DNA of 4,755 nucleotides from a virus (Duplodnaviria > Heunggongvirae > Uroviricota > Caudoviricetes), in IMG/VR virus record IMGVR_UViG_2534681626_000012; one strand, written 5' to 3'. Positions 1-4,755 of the stretch are shown one piece after another. The position numbers were made by a program, and so were the translations under genes. Numbering within the stretch: position 1 is the first letter of the stretch; each line of letters begins with the position of its first letter. Under the pieces are notes generated by a model that was not told where the DNA came from, did not search any database, and saw nothing but the letters and a program-made list of their open reading frames with translations.

Positions 1-1
1 G

Positions 2-1168
2 GAAGGACAGATTGCTGCTGCCAGACAGTCAGCAGGCATTGCCACGGAAAGGATGACAGAAGCGCATAAACAGCTTCTGGCTCTGCAGAAGCGCATCAGC
101 GACCTGGACGGGAAAAAACTGACGGCAGATGAAAAGAGTGTGCTGGCCCGTAAAGATGAACTGATTCAGGCACTGACGCTGCTGGATGTAAAACAGCAGG
201 AGCTTCAGAAACAGACGGCACTCAACGAGCTGAAGAAAAAAACAATTCAGCTGACCAGTCAACTGGCTGAAGAAGAGCGCGCTCAGCGTCAGCAACATGA
301 CCTGGATATCGCCACGGTGGGTATGGGTGATCAGCAGCGACAGCGATATCAGGTACAACTGAGTCTTCGCCAGAAATACCAGCAACAGCTGGAGCAGTTG
401 AGGCGGGATAGTGAGCAGAAAGGGACATATAACACGGATGACTACAGAAAGGCCGAGCAGGCGCTGACGGAGAGCCTGAACCGACAACTGAATGAGAATC
501 GCCGTTACTGGCAACAGCTTGAAGTTGTGCAGGGTAACTGGAAAAACGGAGTCCTGCGTGCATTTCAGGATTTTACCGTGGATGCAGATAATACGGCAGA
601 AACAGCAGAACAGGTGTTCTCGTCAGCCTTCAGCAACATGGGAAATGGCCTGGCAACTTTTGTCACTACCGGCAAACTCAATTTCAAATCCTTCACCTCT
701 TCTGTGCTGTCAGATATGGCGAAAATCCTGGCGCAGGCAACCATGATGAAATCGATAAAAGGGATTGGCAGTGTACTGGGATTTGATCTCAGCAGCCTTT
801 CCCTGAATGCCAATGGGGGGATTTATCAGTCTGCTGATTTGAGTCGTTACAGTGGCACGGTGGTTAACCGTCCGACGTTTTTTGCTTTTGCAAAAGGCGC
901 GGGTGTGATGGGGGAAGCGGGACCTGAAGCCATTCTGCCACTGCGTCGTGGTGCTGACGGTAAGCTGGGGGTTGTGGCGGATATTGGGGGTTCAGGTATG
1001 GCGATGTTTTCCCCGCAGTACAACATCGAGATCAATAACGATGGCACGAACGGGCAGATAGGTCCGGCTGCCCTGAAGGCGGTTTATGACCTCGGGAAAA
1101 AAGCGGCAGCGGACTTTATGCAACAGCAGGCCCGTGATGGTGGTCGGTTAAGTGGAGCATATCGGTAA
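2..1168 (+). CDS. H: Tail tape measure protein, C-terminal 388 codons (lambda gpH-like); 5' end lies upstream of the window
   Basis: Frame is open from nt 2 to TAA at 1166-1168 (the track's Met at 53 is internal). N-terminal part is Q/E/K/L-rich and coiled-coil-like; C-terminal part carries the lambda-family tape-measure motif (FAFAKGAGVMGEAGPEAILPL). Followed directly by M, L, K, I, J in lambda order. Confidence 0.9.
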   Translation, partial: EGQIAAARQSAGIATERMTEAHKQLLALQKRISDLDGKKLTADEKSVLARKDELIQALTLLDVKQQELQKQTALNELKKKTIQLTSQLAEEERAQRQQHDLDIATVGMGDQQRQRYQVQLSLRQKYQQQLEQLRRDSEQKGTYNTDDYRKAEQALTESLNRQLNENRRYWQQLEVVQGNWKNGVLRAFQDFTVDADNTAETAEQVFSSAFSNMGNGLATFVTTGKLNFKSFTSSVLSDMAKILAQATMMKSIKGIGSVLGFDLSSLSLNANGGIYQSADLSRYSGTVVNRPTFFAFAKGAGVMGEAGPEAILPLRRGADGKLGVVADIGGSGMAMFSPQYNIEINNDGTNGQIGPAALKAVYDLGKKAAADFMQQQARDGGRLSGAYR

Positions 1169-1497
1169 TGGAGACGTTTCACTGGAAAGTGCGCCCGGAT
1201 ATGAATGTGGTATCAGAGCCGAAAGTGGTGACAGTGAAGCTGGGCGATGGTTATGAACAGCGTCGTGCGGCGGGACTGAATAACCAGTTGTCGACTTACA
1301 GCGTGACGATACGTGTTCGTAAATGTGAACACCCATCTTTAAAAGCCTTTCTGGAACGGCACGGTGGCGTCCGTGCATTTCAGTGGACGCCACCTTATGA
1401 CTGGAAACCGATCAGGGTGGTTTGTCGTAAATGGTCGGCAAGCGTGGGGGCGCTGTGGGTAACCATAACGGCAGATTTTGAACAGGTCGTGGCATAG
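1168..1497 (+). CDS. M: Tail tip protein M (109 aa)
   Basis: ATG at 1168 overlaps the H stop (TAATG), suggesting translational coupling. The 109-aa product (METFHWKVRPDMNVVSEPK...) matches lambda gpM in length and position, from memory. Confidence 0.9.
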   Translation: METFHWKVRPDMNVVSEPKVVTVKLGDGYEQRRAAGLNNQLSTYSVTIRVRKCEHPSLKAFLERHGGVRAFQWTPPYDWKPIRVVCRKWSASVGALWVTITADFEQVVA

Positions 1498-1501
1498 GAG
1501 G
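1496..1501 (+). promoter_or_regulatory. Shine-Dalgarno sequence (AGGAGG) for L, overlapping the M stop codon
   Basis: AGGAGG at 1496-1501, 5-nt spacer, ATG at 1507. Confidence 0.6.
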
Positions 1502-1506
1502 CTCTG

Positions 1507-2205
1507 ATGCAGGATATTCCACAGGAAACACATCATGAGACGACACGCCTCACTCAGTCAGCCCAGGTGGTGCTCTGGGAAATCGATCTGACAGAGGTCG
1601 GTGGTGAACGTTATTTTTTCTGTAATGAGCAGAACGAAAAAGGTGAGCCGGTTACCTGGCAGGGGCGGCAGTATCAGGCATACCCCATTCAGGGGACAGG
1701 ATTTGAACTGAACGGCAAGGGCAGTGCTGCCCGTCCGACACTGACGGTTTCTAACCTGCACGGTATGGTCACCGGGATGGCGGAAGATCTGCAGAGTCTG
1801 GTCGGCGGAACGGTGGTCCGGCGTAAGGTTTACGCCCGTTTTCTGGATGCGGTGAACTTCGTCAACGGAAACAGTGACGCCGACCCGGAGCAGGAGGTGA
1901 TCAGCCGCTGGCGCATCGAGCAGTGCAGCGAACTGAGCGCGGTCAGTGCCTCTTTTGTACTGGCCACGCCGACGGAAACGGACGGCGCTGTTTTTCCGGG
2001 ACGTATCATGCTGGCCAACACCTGCACCTGGACCTATCGCGGCGATGAGTGCGGTTATCACGGTCCGGCGGTCGCGGATGAATATGACCAGCCAACGTCC
2101 GATATCACGAAGGATAAATGCAGCAAATGCCTGAGCGGTTGTAAGTTCCGCAATAACGTCGGCAACTTTGGCGGCTTCCTTTCCATTAACAAACTTTCGC
2201 AGTAA
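1507..2205 (+). CDS. L: Tail tip protein L (232 aa), with C-terminal cysteine cluster
   Basis: 232-aa ORF with a strong SD. C-terminal cysteines (C173, C182, C205, C208, C212) fit the iron-sulfur cluster reported for lambda gpL. Length and position match gpL. Confidence 0.9.
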   Translation: MQDIPQETHHETTRLTQSAQVVLWEIDLTEVGGERYFFCNEQNEKGEPVTWQGRQYQAYPIQGTGFELNGKGSAARPTLTVSNLHGMVTGMAEDLQSLVGGTVVRRKVYARFLDAVNFVNGNSDADPEQEVISRWRIEQCSELSAVSASFVLATPTETDGAVFPGRIMLANTCTWTYRGDECGYHGPAVADEYDQPTSDITKDKCSKCLSGCKFRNNVGNFGGFLSINKLSQ

Positions 2206-2210
2206 ATCCC

Positions 2211-2953
2211 ATGACACAGACAGAATCAGCGATTCTGGCGCACGCCCGGCGATGTGCGCCAGCGGAGTCGTGCGGCTTCGTGGTAAGCACGCCGGAGGGG
2301 GAAAGATATTTTCCCTGCGTGAATATCTCCGGTGAGCCGGAGGCGTATTTCCGTATGTCGCCGGAAGACTGGCTGCAGGCAGAAATGCAGGGTGAGATTG
2401 TGGCGCTGGTCCACAGCCACCCCGGTGGTCTGCCCTGGCTGAGTGAGGCCGACCGGCGGCTGCAGGTGCAGAGTGATTTGCCGTGGTGGCTGGTCTGCCG
2501 GGGGACGATTCATAAGTTCCGCTGTGTGCCGCATCTCACCGGGCGGCGCTTTGAGCACGGTGTGACGGACTGTTACACGCTGTTCCGGGATGCTTATCAT
2601 CTGGCGGGGATTGAGATGCCGGATTTTCATCGCGGGTATGACTGGTGGCGTAACGGTCAGAATCTCTATCTGGATAATCTGGAGGCCACAGGGCTGTATC
2701 AGGTGCCGTTGTCAGCGGCGCAGCCGGGCGATGTGCTGCTGTGCTGTTTTGGTTCATCGGTGCCGAATCATGCCGCATTTACTGCGGCGACGGCGAGCTG
2801 CTGCACCATATTCCTGAACAACTGAGCAAACGAGAGAGGTACACCGACAAATGGCAGCGACGCACACACTCCCTCTGGCGTCACCGGGCATGGCACGCAT
2901 CTGCCTTTACGGGGATTTACAACGATTTGGCCGCCGCATCGACCTTCGTGTGA
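2211..2953 (+). pseudogene. K: Tail tip assembly protein K (JAB/MPN metallopeptidase + NlpC/P60 domains), reading frame interrupted near 2772-2780
   Basis: The frame from ATG 2211 has an intact JAMM motif (H68-S-H70-x7-S78-x2-D81, nt 2412-2453) and the NlpC/P60 Cys (DCYTL, nt 2571-2573) and first His (VPNH, 2769-2771), then runs into ...AAFTAATASCCTIFLNN and stops at 2823-2825. The rest of the NlpC/P60 signature (IYCGDGELLHH...) is in another frame, 2777-2953. One extra nt near 2776-2778 would restore a 247-aa ORF ending at 2953. Confidence 0.75.
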
Positions 2954-3498
2954 AAACGGGGGCCGAAGCCATCCGGGCGCTGGCCACACAGCTCCCGGCG
3001 TTTCGTCAGAAACTGAGCGACGGCTGGTATCAGGTGCGCATTGCCGGGCGTGATGCAGGTGAAACCGAATTATCTGCCCGTCTTAATGAGCCGCTGGCAA
3101 ATGGTGCCGTGATCCATATCGTGCCGCGTCTGGCGGGAGCTAAAAGTGGCGGTGTGTTTCAGGTGGTGCTGGGGGCGGCGTTGATTGCGGTGGCATGGTG
3201 GAACCCTGTGGGCTGGCTGGGTGCCGCGGCTGTATCGGGCATGTATGCGGCAGGTGCCAGTATGATGCTGGGCGGTGTGGCGCAGATGCTGGCACCGAAA
3301 GCCAGAACGCCCCGCACACAGACAACGGATAACGGCAAACAGAACACCTATTTCTCCTCACTGGATAACATGGTTGCCCAGGGCAATGTTCTGCCTGTTC
3401 TGTACGGTGAAATGCGCGTGGGGTCGCGGGTGGTTTCTCAGGAGATCAGCACGGCAGACGAAGGGGACGGTGGTCAGGTTGTGGTGATTGGTCGCTGA
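2851..3498 (+). CDS. I: Tail tip assembly protein I (215 aa): N-terminal ubiquitin-like domain, C-terminal hydrophobic Gly/Ala-rich segment
   Basis: ATG at 2851 is the only start after the in-frame TGA at 2815-2817. It overlaps the 3' end of the K frame-2 segment by 103 nt, as K and I do in lambda. Product begins MAATHTLPLASPGMARICLYGDLQRFGRR...; stop TGA at 3496-3498. Confidence 0.85.
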   Translation: MAATHTLPLASPGMARICLYGDLQRFGRRIDLRVKTGAEAIRALATQLPAFRQKLSDGWYQVRIAGRDAGETELSARLNEPLANGAVIHIVPRLAGAKSGGVFQVVLGAALIAVAWWNPVGWLGAAAVSGMYAAGASMMLGGVAQMLAPKARTPRTQTTDNGKQNTYFSSLDNMVAQGNVLPVLYGEMRVGSRVVSQEISTADEGDGGQVVVIGR

Positions 3499-3516
3499 TG
3501 CAAAATGTTTTATGTG

Positions 3517-3536
3517 AAACCGCCTCCGGGCGGTTT
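3517..3536 (+). other. I-J intergenic stem-loop (AAACCGCC / loop TCCG / GGCGGTTT) followed by T-rich tract; terminator-like or mRNA-stabilising hairpin
   Basis: Perfect 8-bp inverted repeat, 3517-3524 pairing with 3529-3536, 4-nt loop, then TTTTGTCGTTT. Sits in the 60-nt gap between the I stop and the J start. Confidence 0.4.
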
Positions 3537-3558
3537 TGTCGTTTATGGAGCGTGATGA

Positions 3559-4755
3559 ATGGGTAAAGGCAGCAGTAAGGGGCATACCCCGCGCGAAGCG
3601 AAGGACAACCTGAAGTCCACGCAGTTGCTGAGTGTGATCGATGCCATCAGCGAAGGGCCGGTTGAAGGTCCGGTGGATGGATTAAAAAGCGTGCTGCTGA
3701 ACAGTACGCCGGTGCTGGACACTGAGGGGAATACCAACATCTCCGGTGTCACGGTGGTGTTCCGGGCCGGTGAGCAGGAGCAGACTCCGCCGGAGGGATT
3801 TGAATCCTCCGGCTCCGAGACGGTGCTGGGTACGGAAGTGAAATATGACACGCCGATCACCCGGACCATCACGTCTGCAAACATCGACCGTCTGCGCTTT
3901 ACCTTCGGTGTGCAGGCACTGGTGGAAACCACCTCAAAGGGGGACCGGAATCCGTCGGAAGTCCGCCTGCTGGTTCAGATCCAGCGTAATGGTGGCTGGG
4001 TGACGGAAAAAGACATCACCATTAAGGGCAAAACCACCTCGCAGTATCTGGCCTCGGTGGTGGTGGGTAACCTGCCGCCGCGCCCGTTCAATATACGGAT
4101 GCGCAGGATGACGCCGGACAGCACCACAGACCAGCTGCAGAACAAAACGCTCTGGTCGTCATACACCGAAATCATCGATGTGAAACAGTGCTACCCGAAC
4201 ACGGCACTGGTCGGCGTGCAGGTGGATTCGGAGCAGTTCGGCAGCCAGCAGGTGAGCCGTAATTATCATCTGCGCGGGCGCATTCTGCAGGTGCCGTCGA
4301 ACTATAACCCGCAGACGCGGCAATACAGCGGTATCTGGGACGGAACGTTTAAGCCAGCATACAGCAACAACATGGCCTGGTGTCTGTGGGATATGCTGAC
4401 CCATCCGCGCTACGGCATGGGGAAACGTCTTGGTGCGGCGGATGTGGACAAATGGGCGCTGTATGTCATCGGCCAGCATTGCGATCAGTCGGTGCCGGAC
4501 GGTTTTGGCGGCACGGAGCCGCGCATCACCTGTAATGCGTACCTGACCACACAGCGCAAGGCGTGGGATGTGCTCAGTGATTTCTGCTCTGCGATGCGCT
4601 GTATGCCGGTATGGAACGGGCAGACGCTGACGTTCGTGCAGGACCGACCGTCGGATAAGGTGTGGACCTATAACCGCAGTAATGTGGTGATGCCGGATGA
4701 TGGTGCGCCGTTCCGCTACAGCTTCAGCGCCCTGAAGGACCGCCATAATGCCGTT
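3559..4755 (+). CDS. J: Tail tip / host-specificity protein J (central tail fibre), N-terminal 399 codons; 3' end lies beyond the window
   Basis: ATG at 3559 with GGAG at 3547-3550. Frame is open to the window end. Product begins MGKGSSKGHTPREAKDNLKSTQLLSVIDAISEGP..., recognised as the lambda gpJ N-terminus from memory. The ATG at 3555 hits TAA after two codons. Confidence 0.9.
   Translation, partial: MGKGSSKGHTPREAKDNLKSTQLLSVIDAISEGPVEGPVDGLKSVLLNSTPVLDTEGNTNISGVTVVFRAGEQEQTPPEGFESSGSETVLGTEVKYDTPITRTITSANIDRLRFTFGVQALVETTSKGDRNPSEVRLLVQIQRNGGWVTEKDITIKGKTTSQYLASVVVGNLPPRPFNIRMRRMTPDSTTDQLQNKTLWSSYTEIIDVKQCYPNTALVGVQVDSEQFGSQQVSRNYHLRGRILQVPSNYNPQTRQYSGIWDGTFKPAYSNNMAWCLWDMLTHPRYGMGKRLGAADVDKWALYVIGQHCDQSVPDGFGGTEPRITCNAYLTTQRKAWDVLSDFCSAMRCMPVWNGQTLTFVQDRPSDKVWTYNRSNVVMPDDGAPFRYSFSALKDRHNAV

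Noticed and set aside
29-563. Minus-strand ORFs of 161 and 113 aa within H
   Set aside because: Antisense to the H coding sequence. Leu/Gln-rich translations mirror the sense-strand coiled-coil codons. Treated as artefacts.
1558-2217. 219-aa ORF on the minus strand
   Set aside because: Antisense to L, which is a confident call with an SD. The translation has no recognisable domain.
2741-2780. Programmed -1 ribosomal frameshift in K as an alternative to a mutation
   Set aside because: There is no canonical slippery heptamer (X XXY YYZ) or downstream pseudoknot at the frame junction. Reference K is, as far as I recall, a single continuous frame, so an indel or sequencing error is more parsimonious.
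2590-2817. 75-aa plus-strand ORF in an alternative frame within K
   Set aside because: Fully embedded in K. Arg/Cys-rich translation is typical of an off-frame read. Its ATG at 2770 is near the I region but the frame stops at 2815-2817 before I begins.
3555-3557. ATG at 3555 as a possible J start
   Set aside because: That frame reads ATG AAT GGG TAA and terminates at once. The ATG at 3559 opens the long J frame.
3543-3932. 129-aa ORF on the minus strand across the J start
   Set aside because: Antisense to the J N-terminus and I-J spacer, with no independent support.
4159-4746. 195-aa ORF on the minus strand
   Set aside because: Lies entirely antisense to the clearly recognisable J coding sequence. 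Its product is Arg/His-rich low-complexity text typical of antisense frames in GC-rich genes, with no start context.
1-4755. CRISPR array, defence island, mobile element, tRNA or other novel system
   Set aside because: No direct-repeat arrays or terminal inverted repeats, and no unexplained intergenic space (largest gap 60 nt). Every sizeable plus-strand ORF is accounted for by H, M, L, K, I and J.

Overview
This window is a contiguous piece of the late (tail) operon of phage lambda or a very close lambdoid relative, all on the + strand: the 3' part of tape-measure gene H, then M, L, K, I and the 5' third of J (tail tip / host-specificity protein). Identification rests on reading the translated ORFs and recognising them from memory; no database search was possible. 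Genes are tightly packed (a one-base H/M overlap, gaps of 5-60 nt elsewhere) with no room for an unannotated gene. I see no CRISPR array, tRNA, IS element or novel multi-gene system; all minus-strand ORFs look like antisense artefacts. The most notable observation is that the K reading frame is broken: the NlpC/P60 peptidase signature is split across two frames near 2772-2780, consistent with a 1-nt deletion or a sequencing error. Secondary points are a K start upstream of the conventional one, a ubiquitin-like Gly-Gly in gpI next to the JAB-domain gene K, a possibly shortened I, and an I-J intergenic hairpin.
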